A DNA stretch of 58,801 bases from Hyphococcus sp. (GCA_021776345.1 JAJFGC010000163.1:1-58801), one strand, 5' to 3'; shown: positions 9,258 to 19,031, numbered from the stretch's first letter. Notes: generated from the sequence alone by a model not told the origin. Numbers and translations are program-made.

Positions 9258-9896
9258 TCACCGGCCGCGGGCTTTGCCCATCGTCTTCATCAACCGTTCG
9301 ACTTCTTTTTCGCATACGGCGTCGGGAATCTCGGCGATGTCGTTTGCGTCAAGATAGGTGTCGAGGGCGTCGAGGAGAATAGACTGACAGGTCATCTCCA
9401 TATCGCGCGAGGCAAACCGCAATCGCACGAAATCTTTTGCTGACATTCGGAACGTGATTGTCGCCTTGCGACCGCCATCCGCATCGATCGCCCGGCGAAG
9501 TTTGCGGCGGGCGGGGCGCGGGCGGGGCTTCGGCGGAATGATCGTCCAATTGTCGGGGGCGTGATTGTCGGAAGGATGGGCCAGCGCCGTCGCGGGTGCA
9601 GGCGCAGATACGGGCGCGGTATTATTCACGGCAGGGGGATGATGAGGCGGCGCAGGCTGGATCTCTTGCGGAACAGGCCCGTCGTTGGGGTAGAGCGATT
9701 GAATAGTGTTCTGAGCAATGTCGCCATGGGGCGGGCGGGCATGATGCAATGATGTGTGCATCGACATATCAACACCGGCATGAGCGTCCGCATCCACGGC
9801 CGGCAGCGCCTCACCCTTGCGCGCGAGCAGCCCCGCCGTCAACGACGCGGCGTCTTTTTCTACGTTGGATGTTGGGTTCGGCGCGTATCCGCTCAT
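9258..9896 (-). CDS. Hypothetical ParA partner: Pro-rich linker and C-terminal ribbon-helix-helix-like region
   Basis: N-terminal ASLTAGLLARKGEA, disordered Pro/His middle, C-terminal KATITFRMSAKDFVRLRFASRDMEMTCQSILLDAL; start shares one base with the parA stop. Confidence 0.65.
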   Translation of the reverse strand: MSGYAPNPTSNVEKDAASLTAGLLARKGEALPAVDADAHAGVDMSMHTSLHHARPPHGDIAQNTIQSLYPNDGPVPQEIQPAPPHHPPAVNNTAPVSAPAPATALAHPSDNHAPDNWTIIPPKPRPRPARRKLRRAIDADGGRKATITFRMSAKDFVRLRFASRDMEMTCQSILLDALDTYLDANDIAEIPDAVCEKEVERLMKTMGKARGR

Positions 9897-10609
9897 TACA
9901 CCGCCCGGCGCCCGAAGACGCGGTTTTGAGGACGGGTCATGTCACCGCCCTCTTCCTGCGTGCCGTAACCACCGTCAGCGCGTTGAAGGCGCTCATACAA
10001 ATATTTCCAAAGAGCGCCGATTTCCTGAGACGACTGACAAAAAGGGTCAATCTCCATCACGGTGCGTCCGTCGATCATCGAGGCGGCAAAATCGACGCGC
10101 TGGTGAACAGTCGATGGCGCCACAGTGCCGTGTTGGGAAAGCGCAATCGCCGCCTCCGAGGTAATGCGCGCGCGCTGGGTCGCGGCATTGACCACGAAAA
10201 TCAGCGGCTTGCCGCGCGCCTCGGCGATATCAACCGTGGGACCGACGGCGCGCAAATCATGCGGGCTTGGCCGCGTTGGCGCGACCACAATATCAGCAAA
10301 GCTCACCACTTCGGAAATTGCACGGGTCACCGCCGGCGGCGTATCAATGACGACGAGACGAAAACCTTCGTCGCGGGCGCTATCGAGATCATAAAACAGG
10401 TTAGAAAAAACAGATTGAATAAACGCCGGCGCCGGATCTTTGCGGACGTTCCACCATTTGGCAAGCGAACCTTGCGGGTCGGTATCGATCAACGCGACAG
10501 GGCCCGCGCCCTGACGCTCTGCCTCCACAGCAATATGGCCCGACAACGTCGTCTTGCCGGACCCGCCTTTTTGCGACGCGAAGACGATGACACGCATCGA
10601 TGGAAACAT
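9896..10609 (-). CDS. ParA/MinD family ATPase (short, orphan type)
   Basis: Deviant Walker A KGGSGKTT, IDTDPQGS, VIDTPP; no N-terminal HTH. Confidence 0.9.
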   Translation of the reverse strand: MFPSMRVIVFASQKGGSGKTTLSGHIAVEAERQGAGPVALIDTDPQGSLAKWWNVRKDPAPAFIQSVFSNLFYDLDSARDEGFRLVVIDTPPAVTRAISEVVSFADIVVAPTRPSPHDLRAVGPTVDIAEARGKPLIFVVNAATQRARITSEAAIALSQHGTVAPSTVHQRVDFAASMIDGRTVMEIDPFCQSSQEIGALWKYLYERLQRADGGYGTQEEGGDMTRPQNRVFGRRAV

Positions 10610-10819
10610 GCGCCCTCCAGAAATTCACCCTCGGACAAAACGTCCGAGAATCATACTGTCACAACGCCTGTTAACGCCCCGAAGAAAGCGCGGCGATAAT
10701 TTGGTTTAAATTGTTTTGAGTGCGTTAGCGCTTTTCAAAAAAAGACGCCGGAAGCAACCTAGATACGCAAAGCCGCAACCGACGCATGGCCCTTTTGGCA
10801 CGAAGCGATTAATCGAGCC

Positions 10820-12016
10820 TTAAAACTGCAGCGATGGATCGACAATAACCTCGTCATCAAGACCCAACAGACGCGTGATATGGGCAATGCGCGGGTTGGT
10901 ATCCCAATCCCAATACCGCAAAACAGCTCGCGAAAAGTCGCGCGCCATCGAGTCAAAAATCGCCAGGAGATACTCCGCCTGCTCGGCGCCGTCGATATCT
11001 TCCTGGTTATCCGTTTCAAACAGAGAAAAGAAATCATCACGCGGCATGCCAAGGCTTTTGCACATCACCGCAAAGGGCTCCTTGCCGGGATCTCGTAAAA
11101 TTCGGGCGGCGAGTTCGCGCGAAACGCCGGCAATCAGGCCGATCGCTTCAATAAGTTCCTGCGCCGGATGTTTCTGCGCCGCCGCGAAGGTGCGGATTAT
11201 CACATTCATGGAAACCGGCTCACCGTCAGCGCCGCGAGGACGGTGACGTCGCTCGGACAGGATCAATATATCTTGCACCAGCGGGTCCGGATCGCCGCCG
11301 CTGCGGAATACTTTTGGATAAAGGTCAGACAGCGCATCCTGGATAATGCCGCGATCCAGTGCGAACCGCGCAAGAATGCGCTTTCTCAATTCCGCCGGCG
11401 CCCACCAGAACATAACAAAGCCATGCGCAGGCTCAAGCTCCCGGCGACGCAGCAATAACGGTTGCAGTTCCTTATTGGTGGAACTGCGCGCCACCAGCAA
11501 GTTAATTGCATTTGGCGACAAGACGCATTCCTCGCGCTTTAACACTGCTTTGCAAACATCATTTTCACCGCGCTCAATCACAACATCGGCGACCGTCGTC
11601 GAAAGATCTTTGCGCTGAGCAATCATAAGGCGGTGCGCATGCTCGCCGGACTGGGCCGCTTCGATCAGCAGCGCATTTGAAATAGTGTCAGCTTCGGTGA
11701 GGATTTTTTCCGACACCTCAGGTTCATCAAGCAATAACATCCGCATCAGCGCCGGCGGACATTCCGCCACCCGCGACACCCGGCCCGCCAATTCGATGCG
11801 GAGATTTTTTTCGACCTTATCGACAACCTGCAAGAGAATGTCGGCGACGAGCGCGCGTTCATTTGATGAGATCCTGCCCGTGGGCAGCACCACGACATCG
11901 GCAAGTTTTCGCACCATCTGCGCACGCGGCGTCACCCCGATTTTTGTGATGGGGGTCAGCATGGTCTCGGCATCGGGCGTGGGCTCCGCACCTGCGCTTT
12001 GTTCAAAATCGACCAT
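10820..12016 (-). CDS. DUF2336 domain-containing protein
   Basis: LRIELAGRV..CPPALMRMLLLDEPEVSEKIL...HRLMIAQRKDLSTTVADVVIERGE fits the DUF2336 repeat pattern; start uncertain. Confidence 0.7.
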   Translation of the reverse strand: MVDFEQSAGAEPTPDAETMLTPITKIGVTPRAQMVRKLADVVVLPTGRISSNERALVADILLQVVDKVEKNLRIELAGRVSRVAECPPALMRMLLLDEPEVSEKILTEADTISNALLIEAAQSGEHAHRLMIAQRKDLSTTVADVVIERGENDVCKAVLKREECVLSPNAINLLVARSSTNKELQPLLLRRRELEPAHGFVMFWWAPAELRKRILARFALDRGIIQDALSDLYPKVFRSGGDPDPLVQDILILSERRHRPRGADGEPVSMNVIIRTFAAAQKHPAQELIEAIGLIAGVSRELAARILRDPGKEPFAVMCKSLGMPRDDFFSLFETDNQEDIDGAEQAEYLLAIFDSMARDFSRAVLRYWDWDTNPRIAHITRLLGLDDEVIVDPSLQF

Positions 12017-12162
12017 ATCAGCCAAATTCCGCTGTTTTCTGCAAAACCGTTGTAACCGGAACACCGTTAACGGGGGATTTCACTTTTGTGATCGGTTTTC
12101 GGCAGACGGGAGCTTCACGCTTTGCTATCGTGCCTCCGTAGATAAAAGGAAATTCCTCCCCC

Positions 12163-12456
12163 ATGGTTCGATTTTTACCGCTCCTTGCCGGGGCGTTTCT
12201 GGTCGGTTGTACGACAAACGCGGATACGCTCGCCTTGCGGGAGCTGCCGAGCTTTCATGTCGGGTTTGGCGACGGCTGTACGACCGCCAATGAGGAAGAC
12301 AAAAGCTTTTCGACCAAGTCGTCTCGCGACGCCTACTCTTTTGAAAATGACGAGGCTTATCGGGCGGGGTGGCGTCAGGGCTATCTTGAATGCTCGAACC
12401 GCACGCCGGACGCCATTGATGGCGGGCGCATTTTAGGCGAACGCAACGAATATTAA
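12163..12456 (+). CDS. Small hypothetical lipoprotein
   Basis: Lipobox FLVGC; GFGDGC and YRAGWRQGYLEC motifs. Confidence 0.7.
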   Translation: MVRFLPLLAGAFLVGCTTNADTLALRELPSFHVGFGDGCTTANEEDKSFSTKSSRDAYSFENDEAYRAGWRQGYLECSNRTPDAIDGGRILGERNEY

Positions 12457-12521
12457 TCAGGCGTTAATCGGCTGAGCCCGCAGGCACGCGGCCAGACCGT
12501 TCAAAAGATCAAAACACAACC

Positions 12522-12552
12522 AAAAAAAGACGGCCATCAAGGCCGCCTTTTT
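12522..12552. terminator. Bidirectional intrinsic terminator
   Basis: AAAAAAAGACGGCC-ATCAA-GGCCGCCTTTTT between convergent genes. Confidence 0.75.
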
Positions 12553-12575
12553 GCTTTTTGTCTATTTTGCGCTGA

Positions 12576-14177
12576 TTATTCTTCGGTTGATGCGCCTTCG
12601 GCTTCATCGTCAGCAACAGCGGCTGGTGCGTTTTCGGCGCCATCTGCCGCGGCAGCGGAATCGCCGCCATCGGTTGCTGCAGCGGCGGCGTCAGCAGCGC
12701 CATTGAGATTGAGCGGGATCGTACACCGTTCGAGAAATTCATTCTCAAACTCTTGATCGGCAGCCGTAACCGGACGGTTTTGCAGATCGCGAATACGCTG
12801 ATCCCGTTCGAGCCGGCCCTGGTCCTGCAGGCAGCGCTCAAGTATCTGGCGCTTCTCAAGTTCTTTACCAGCTTTGTAGGTGTTAGTAACCGCATCAATA
12901 TAGGTGATCCAGTCGCTGGCGCGTTTGCGGGCGCCTTCATAGCTTTGCGCATTGACAAAGGCGCGCCGCGCATTCCTCCAGATCGCCGTATCTTCCGGAC
13001 CAGCCTGGCTGAAGCGCGCGGTCCCGAGAAGCAACCAGGCGTCGCCCGTATCTTTCCGGCTCATACCGCCTTTATTGAGCGCCGTTTCCAGTGCGCGTTG
13101 CGACTCGCGATATTGCTCATCAGCGAGCAAGACCTGACCCAGGCGATAAGACAGGGAGCCTTTCGACGAGCCGCTCGCCGCTTCGCGAAGGATCGGGATT
13201 GATTTTTTATGTTCGCGCGCCTGGCTCCAAAGCTGGGAGAGGAGGATAAGATTATCCTGATTACGCTTGATATTGCCGGCGCCCATTTCCCGCTCGAGCA
13301 TTTTCGCGCCGCGATACGGATTGTCGAAGAATGAATAATACTGAACGAGTGTTTTCAGTTCTGACTCAGTGGTGAGAAGGCCTGCACGATACGCAACCTC
13401 AAGAACTGAAAACGCTTCCCGGTCCTTGCCGCCGGTGGAATAGGCGCCGGAGAGCTGTGTCCAGTAGGATTTTTCACCGGGCCAGTAATTGACCATTTGT
13501 TCCAGCAACGCCGTACGTTTGTTGCGCTCGCCAAGCTCGGAATAAATAAGGTTGAGAAGATCGTAATTGCCCTTCTTCGGCTCAGTCAGGCCACTAACGG
13601 CATTCTCCGCCGGGCCTAACGCAGAGCGATAATTGGGCGGGTTAAGCTGCACATAGGCGGCGGCAAGCAAGTAATACGCATTCGTATCGACAGTTTCGTT
13701 ACATGCGCGGGCATTTTGAATCCACGCATTGAGCCCGCGGATCGCGCCCTGGAAGTCTTCCAGCTGGAAGTTCAGCTGCGAAATAAAATAGCGAAGCTGG
13801 TTTTGCCTGGACGCCGGTAGTTCGTTTGTATCGAGCGCCACCTGAAAATCACGTTGGGCGCCGCGATAATCTTCAAGGCTCGCTTTCACTGACCCGCGCA
13901 ACTCAAATGTTGTCGCCCGGTCAAAACCTTTCATGCTATCGCCGCGCTGGGAGATCAGCTGGTTGAGCCCGGCAAGCGCCGCCTGATATTGCTCTGCCTG
14001 CATTTGCTCGAAGATAACCTGCAGCGATTGTGCGACGCGGGTATCAAGAGTTTTTGAGTTGCCGGATTCTTCCGCCTGACATTGCTGCGCCATAGCCGGA
14101 CCGCCTGCGGCTGCCGCCAATGCAACAGCAGATGCGCTAATCAAGACTTTCGCAAATTTCCAACGCTTCTCAAACAT
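12576..14177 (-). CDS. Exported TPR protein of TonB operon (TtpD-like)
   Basis: Signal peptide AMA/QQ, TPR-type helices (YYLLAAAYVQ, AWLLLGTARFS); last gene of the tonB operon. Confidence 0.8.
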   Translation of the reverse strand: MFEKRWKFAKVLISASAVALAAAAGGPAMAQQCQAEESGNSKTLDTRVAQSLQVIFEQMQAEQYQAALAGLNQLISQRGDSMKGFDRATTFELRGSVKASLEDYRGAQRDFQVALDTNELPASRQNQLRYFISQLNFQLEDFQGAIRGLNAWIQNARACNETVDTNAYYLLAAAYVQLNPPNYRSALGPAENAVSGLTEPKKGNYDLLNLIYSELGERNKRTALLEQMVNYWPGEKSYWTQLSGAYSTGGKDREAFSVLEVAYRAGLLTTESELKTLVQYYSFFDNPYRGAKMLEREMGAGNIKRNQDNLILLSQLWSQAREHKKSIPILREAASGSSKGSLSYRLGQVLLADEQYRESQRALETALNKGGMSRKDTGDAWLLLGTARFSQAGPEDTAIWRNARRAFVNAQSYEGARKRASDWITYIDAVTNTYKAGKELEKRQILERCLQDQGRLERDQRIRDLQNRPVTAADQEFENEFLERCTIPLNLNGAADAAAAATDGGDSAAAADGAENAPAAVADDEAEGASTEE

Positions 14178-14246
14178 CTCGTCGCCTTCTTATTTTCCAG
14201 CCCTTTGTGAATTCCGCAACAGCGCGGCGCTCAATCACGATGGGGG

Positions 14247-14849
14247 TCATCCTTCTTCAAGGACGAAGGTAATTTGGGTGACAACACCGCGACGCCACTC
14301 CGCCGCATTGTCAACAATTTTCGGTTGATACTTCCAGCGCTCAACGGATCGTGAGGCAGAACGGTTAAAGCAACTGTTAGAGGAATCGATGACCTTAATA
14401 TTCGTGGTTTGCCCGTCGGGCGTCACATCAAATTGCAAAACCACCGTTTCCGATCCGCCGGCGCGGGCCTGACAACGATCAGGAAATTGCGGCGGGATAC
14501 GCACCAGAGGTTGCGCGTCACGGTCAGGGTTGAAGCCGGAGCCGATGCTCAAATTCGCGTCGATGGTCGGGATCGCAGCGCGCACGCCATCGAGCGCCGG
14601 GCGGTTTGACGGGTCGTTCACCGCTGGCGGCGGCGGCGGCGGCGCATCAAGCGTCGGCCGCTTAAATTCTTTATTGGCGTTCGACAGGTCAGAGTCGTCA
14701 ATCTGCGCCGTGATGTTGATATTGATCGACTCTTTTTCATCTTCGAGGCGGGTTGGCCCCTTGATCATCGCGGCCATAAACAAAAACAGGAGGAACGTGA
14801 CGGCAATAGAGACCGGCACACCCAATATCAAACGAACGAGAGATCCCAT
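14247..14849 (-). CDS. tonB: Energy transducer TonB
   Basis: N-terminal TM, poly-Pro linker, C-terminal PLVRIPPQFP..VVLQFDVTPDG..SVERWKYQP. Confidence 0.9.
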   Translation of the reverse strand: MGSLVRLILGVPVSIAVTFLLFLFMAAMIKGPTRLEDEKESININITAQIDDSDLSNANKEFKRPTLDAPPPPPPAVNDPSNRPALDGVRAAIPTIDANLSIGSGFNPDRDAQPLVRIPPQFPDRCQARAGGSETVVLQFDVTPDGQTTNIKVIDSSNSCFNRSASRSVERWKYQPKIVDNAAEWRRGVVTQITFVLEEG

Positions 14850-14861
14850 GACGGCCTTCCT

Positions 14862-15278
14862 CTAAACGTCTTCAGTGGAGACAGCGACGTCAGTGACGCC
14901 GGTCGCACGGATTTGGGTAACGACCTCCACAAGCAACCGTGTTTTAGACTTTGCATCCGCCTGGACAACCGCGGTCCCTTTCGGGTTCTCCCGGCGAAGG
15001 CCTTCAACAATTGTTTTTACTTCCTCTAGCTCGACGAGGTCCTTGTTGATCCAGATTTGATCATCAGCCGAGATCGCGACGATGATGGAGGCAAGCTTGC
15101 GATCAGTTGCCGAAACCGCGCCTGGTCGGTCCACCTCAACGCCCGGTTCCTTCACAAAGGTCGAGGTGACGATGAAGAAGATCAGCATGATGAAGACAAT
15201 ATCCAAAAGCGGCGTGACATTGACGTCCTCGTCATTGTCCGCGTTCTGAAAAGTGTTGCGTCTGGCCATATTGTTCAA
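14862..15278 (-). CDS. exbD: Biopolymer transporter ExbD
   Basis: VNVTPLLDIVFIMLIFFIVT signature. Confidence 0.92.
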   Translation of the reverse strand: MNNMARRNTFQNADNDEDVNVTPLLDIVFIMLIFFIVTSTFVKEPGVEVDRPGAVSATDRKLASIIVAISADDQIWINKDLVELEEVKTIVEGLRRENPKGTAVVQADAKSKTRLLVEVVTQIRATGVTDVAVSTEDV

Positions 15279-15334
15279 TCCGCCTGCAAACTAAGTTACG
15301 CTTTAAACACCGGGAGCAGCGAAGCCGCCCCGGC

Positions 15335-15748
15335 CTATTCTTCTTTTTGTAACGCCAGGGAGACGGCGGGTGCGCCGCCATCCTGCGCCTGGTCCATCAC
15401 CTGCACCGCTGTGCCGGATTCCGAATCCGGCGCCGCACTAACAAGGACAACGCCTTGAGGCTCCCGCGCCACAAATTCCTGCACCACAGGCTTCACCGAA
15501 CCCGGATCGATCACGCGAACATTGTTGACGCGGACAAAACCGTCTTCCTGCACCGCCAACAACAGCGCTGGCGGCGGCACAACAGTATCGTCCTTTTCAC
15601 TATCTTCCGGCGTTCTGACATCAATGCCTTTTTCCCGCAGGAACGTCGCCGTCACGATGAAGAAGATCAGCAGAATAAAGACAATGTCGAGCAGCGGCGT
15701 AATGTTGACGTCCGCTTCTTCATTGGCATGGGTCGCTCTTTTTCTCAT
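15335..15748 (-). CDS. exbD: Biopolymer transporter ExbD (second copy)
   Basis: VNITPLLDIVFILLIFFIVT signature. Confidence 0.92.
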   Translation of the reverse strand: MRKRATHANEEADVNITPLLDIVFILLIFFIVTATFLREKGIDVRTPEDSEKDDTVVPPPALLLAVQEDGFVRVNNVRVIDPGSVKPVVQEFVAREPQGVVLVSAAPDSESGTAVQVMDQAQDGGAPAVSLALQKEE

Positions 15749-15754
15749 GGGCCC

Positions 15755-16288
15755 CTACTCGATCAACAAATCATCAGAAATGCGGTGAGACGCTTTCTGA
15801 ACATTGCGGTCAAAGGTGTTGATGAAAATCAACCCGGACAGAGACGCCACAAGACCGGCCATTGTCGGGATGGTCGCTTTGGAAATGCCCGCCGCCATGA
15901 GGCGTGCGTTTGACGATCCGGTCACAGCCATAACGTCGAAGACTTCGACCATGCCTGTCACGGTGCCAAGCAGCCCAAGCAGCGGCGTCACCGCGACCAG
16001 CGCACGAATGACATTATTGTAGCGTGATGCTTCCTGCATCGCTTCAGAGATCAACTTGTCGCGAACCGCATGCGCGTACCACGATTTGTGATCAGTACGC
16101 GTCGCCCATGCCCGTTGCGCTCGTTTGCTGACGCCGGAATGAGCGCCCGACCAATACATCAAGCGTTCGACGATCAATGCCCACATAAAGAATGTTGTGA
16201 ACATGATCACGCGAAGCACGGTGCCGCCGGCGTTGAGAAAATCATTCAACGCATCCCAGGCGATCGAAGGGTTTAATAGTTCGAGCAT
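15755..16288 (-). CDS. exbB: MotA/TolQ/ExbB proton channel protein (short ExbB)
   Basis: PLLGLLGTVTGMVEVF..MAAGISKATIPTMAGL. Confidence 0.88.
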   Translation of the reverse strand: MLELLNPSIAWDALNDFLNAGGTVLRVIMFTTFFMWALIVERLMYWSGAHSGVSKRAQRAWATRTDHKSWYAHAVRDKLISEAMQEASRYNNVIRALVAVTPLLGLLGTVTGMVEVFDVMAVTGSSNARLMAAGISKATIPTMAGLVASLSGLIFINTFDRNVQKASHRISDDLLIE

Positions 16289-16318
16289 CTCTCGAGGGTC
16301 CCTTCCCTGCCCGAGCCC

Positions 16319-17719
16319 TTAGGCCCGGCCACTTTCTGCATGTTCAGCGATTATACCGGCAGCCTGCTCTTCAAGAACCTGGCTGACGCGCTTGGAGGCG
16401 CCGGCAGCAAAGGCATGGAGAAGCAAGAGCGGGATCGCCGCGATCAGACCGAGCACCGTGGTGACCAGCGCTTCAGAAATACCGGACGCCATGATTTGCG
16501 GGTCGCCGGTGCCGAAGAGCGTAATCGCCTGGAAGGTGTTGATCATGCCGATAACCGTACCGAGAAGACCTAGCAGCGGCGCTGTTGCGGCGAGCACCTT
16601 GACGAGGTTTAGACCGCCTTCAAGCTTCGGCACCTCTTTCAGGATCGCGTCATCGAGTTTCAACGCGACAGTCTCAACATCGTTGGACTGCGTGTTCTCA
16701 TAAGCGAGCATGACACGGCCCAGCGGGTTCGACTTGGATGGCTTCTTACGACGAACCTGGCTGCGTACAGCGCCGGCTGTCATGGTCAGCGTTACCCATT
16801 TGTAGATGCCGAGAAGGATACCGAAAGCAGCGGCCACGAGGATCACTTTACCGATGAACCGGCCTTGATCGATCCGCTCCATCACCGTTGGCGTCTCAAC
16901 AACGAGGCCGAGAAGAACGCCAAGCGACGGGTCAATCGCGCCGCGGACAAAGTCATCGCCGGTCGCCTTTTCAACACGGCTTGCAGCGCTGGTAATATCA
17001 CCGGAAGGCTGACGCGGCAGGAATTGCAGCGCAAAATTATCGCTACCTTCAAGCTTTTTGTAAGTGAGATATTTGCCGTCAGCGAAAGCAACATAAGGAC
17101 CAATCCGCGTCACTGAGTCTTGCGCCGCCGTACCGTCAGCCAGGACAATACTCGCATCATAGGTCGCCGTTTTCGCTTGCTCGGCAATCTGTTGGATCAT
17201 GATTTCCCAAAGATCGCGAAGCTGCTCTTCCGAGGGAAGTTTTTCCGTCTGCGCCAGCTCGGTCAGCGTTTGGCCGCGGCCCGGGAACTGGGTCGAAATC
17301 AACGACCGCTCAACCTGTGCGTTGAGATCAGCAGCGGCTGAACGAGCCGCCCCGAAGAGCTCCTGGAACTCACCCTGTTTGTCTGCGAGTTCAGCGTCGA
17401 GCGTATCAATCGTTGTCTGGTTTTCGGCCATCACGCCTTCCAGGCGGGTGGATTCAGCCAGCGCCGCTGCAACCTGAGCCTTTGCCCGATTTAGCAGCGC
17501 CGACTGCTGGTTTCGCTCGGCCACAAAGCGCGCCTCGCGCTCTTTGTTTTCTGCGCTCACTTCGGTGCGTTCACGACGAACCGCATTAAGCACCTGATCG
17601 AGTGTGACCGCTGTGTCCTGCGCATAGGCGCTTGACGTAAGTTGGCCGTTTGATGTGTCCATGCTGAGCGCGGCAACGCCGGCAACCAGAGAAACACCTG
17701 CAAGTTTGAAGAATTTCAT
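16319..17719 (-). CDS. Long MotA/TolQ/ExbB family protein with periplasmic coiled coil (TtpC-like)
   Basis: Signal peptide, coiled-coil region, C-terminal APLLGLLGTVIGMINTFQAITLFGTGDP..GISEALVTT. Confidence 0.85.
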   Translation of the reverse strand: MKFFKLAGVSLVAGVAALSMDTSNGQLTSSAYAQDTAVTLDQVLNAVRRERTEVSAENKEREARFVAERNQQSALLNRAKAQVAAALAESTRLEGVMAENQTTIDTLDAELADKQGEFQELFGAARSAAADLNAQVERSLISTQFPGRGQTLTELAQTEKLPSEEQLRDLWEIMIQQIAEQAKTATYDASIVLADGTAAQDSVTRIGPYVAFADGKYLTYKKLEGSDNFALQFLPRQPSGDITSAASRVEKATGDDFVRGAIDPSLGVLLGLVVETPTVMERIDQGRFIGKVILVAAAFGILLGIYKWVTLTMTAGAVRSQVRRKKPSKSNPLGRVMLAYENTQSNDVETVALKLDDAILKEVPKLEGGLNLVKVLAATAPLLGLLGTVIGMINTFQAITLFGTGDPQIMASGISEALVTTVLGLIAAIPLLLLHAFAAGASKRVSQVLEEQAAGIIAEHAESGRA

Positions 17720-17747
17720 GACTTGATTATCCCTTGCCTAGTTGGCG

Positions 17748-18512
17748 TTACTGCGCCGAAGCGGGTGGTTTGACCGGGACAAAGAAAATGTCCGGTGCGG
17801 TTTGTTCTTTAGCCATCCGAAGGCCGAATTTAACGTCCTGAAGATAGCTGCGGTTAAGATCGACAAAGTCGCCGGCGGTTCGGTCGTAAATTTTCAACAC
17901 CGAATCGTCAGGCGTTTTAAACATCAACGCGATGCGGCCAACCTGCAGGAATTCGCCGGTAAGCGCGTTCTCGCCCTGGCCGATCGTACCCTCATAGGCG
18001 CTGATCGTGCGGCCGAATTCGTTTTCGATTTGGTAAGCTTCAACAATCAACCGGTAACGCTGCGCCGCTGACATTGACGGGTTGTCGAGAATGCCGGCAA
18101 GCCGCGCCGCCCGGCTCGAGCGCTCTTCCACCTTGAACGGCAGATCTGCGTTCACCAGGTCGCCAAAACGAGCCGCCATATCTTCCATCAAGGGCTGCAT
18201 CGCGCGCTGCAATCCCTCGACATTTTCAATGTCTTCACGCAACCGCGTGATCTCTTCGTTTTGCGCTTCAATATTGCGATTAAGCGACGCGTTGTATCGG
18301 CGCGCAGCTTCGAGCTGTTTCAAATTCGCACGATACTCATTGAGCAATGTCGCTGTTTGCTCATCGAGCTGATCAATCCGCTGCTGCGATGCTGCGGTGT
18401 CGCGCTGGGTTTGCTGGCTCGTATCAAGCGCAGGTTTAAACTGCGCATGTGCGGGCGCGCTTACCAATGCAAGCATAACCGCTGTTGATCCTAATATCGC
18501 TGCTCGTTTCAT
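17748..18512 (-). CDS. DUF3450 family periplasmic coiled-coil protein (TtpB-like)
   Basis: Signal peptide AHA/Q, DLPFKVEER, YRLIVEAYQIENEFGRTI, LQVGRIAL; first gene of the TonB operon. Confidence 0.82.
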   Translation of the reverse strand: MKRAAILGSTAVMLALVSAPAHAQFKPALDTSQQTQRDTAASQQRIDQLDEQTATLLNEYRANLKQLEAARRYNASLNRNIEAQNEEITRLREDIENVEGLQRAMQPLMEDMAARFGDLVNADLPFKVEERSSRAARLAGILDNPSMSAAQRYRLIVEAYQIENEFGRTISAYEGTIGQGENALTGEFLQVGRIALMFKTPDDSVLKIYDRTAGDFVDLNRSYLQDVKFGLRMAKEQTAPDIFFVPVKPPASAQ

Positions 18513-18956
18513 ATTTGCCTCACCTACCGGATTGCTACGGCTGATTGTTTACGGCGCTATCGCCGACGAAAAATTACATACGACCGGACCCGAAGGTTGG
18601 CCGGAAAAAAGACATGGTGCGAGTGTCGGAATTTTCACTTTTACTTTTGTCACCCCGTTACTGCCCCTGCGTTGCGCCCCTGCGCGCAGTGAATCGTATC
18701 ATTGCGTAGATATTGAAACGGCGTTTTGACGAAAGAGTCAAATACGCCTTGTGTGTAGAAGAGAATTCGCAACAGGTCGTTCCCTTGCAATAGCTCCCGA
18801 TGTAACCGCCTCAAAACTCAGCAACCCCTGAATACGATCCGTTAGTTTGTAACAATACATTGCCGCGCGCGCAACGACAGAATAGTGCAAAAATCGATTT
18901 TACTTGTTCTGATGTGACGCAAACTGCTAATTAAGAATGTCAAGAAAAACTTTGGT

Positions 18957-19031
18957 TGGCTGGGGCGCCAGGATTCGAACCTGGGAATGTCGATACCAAA
19001 AACCGATGCCTTACCACTTGGCGACGCCCCA
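18957..19031 (-). tRNA. tRNA-Gln (anticodon TTG)
   Basis: Reverse complement TGGGGCGTCGCCAAGTGGTAAGGCATCGGTTTTTGGTATCGACATTCCCAGGTTCGAATCCTGGCGCCCCAGCCA folds as a cloverleaf with encoded CCA. Confidence 0.97.

Noticed and set aside
9749-10699. 316-aa plus-strand ORF
   Set aside because: Antisense to parA, Arg-rich and without motifs.
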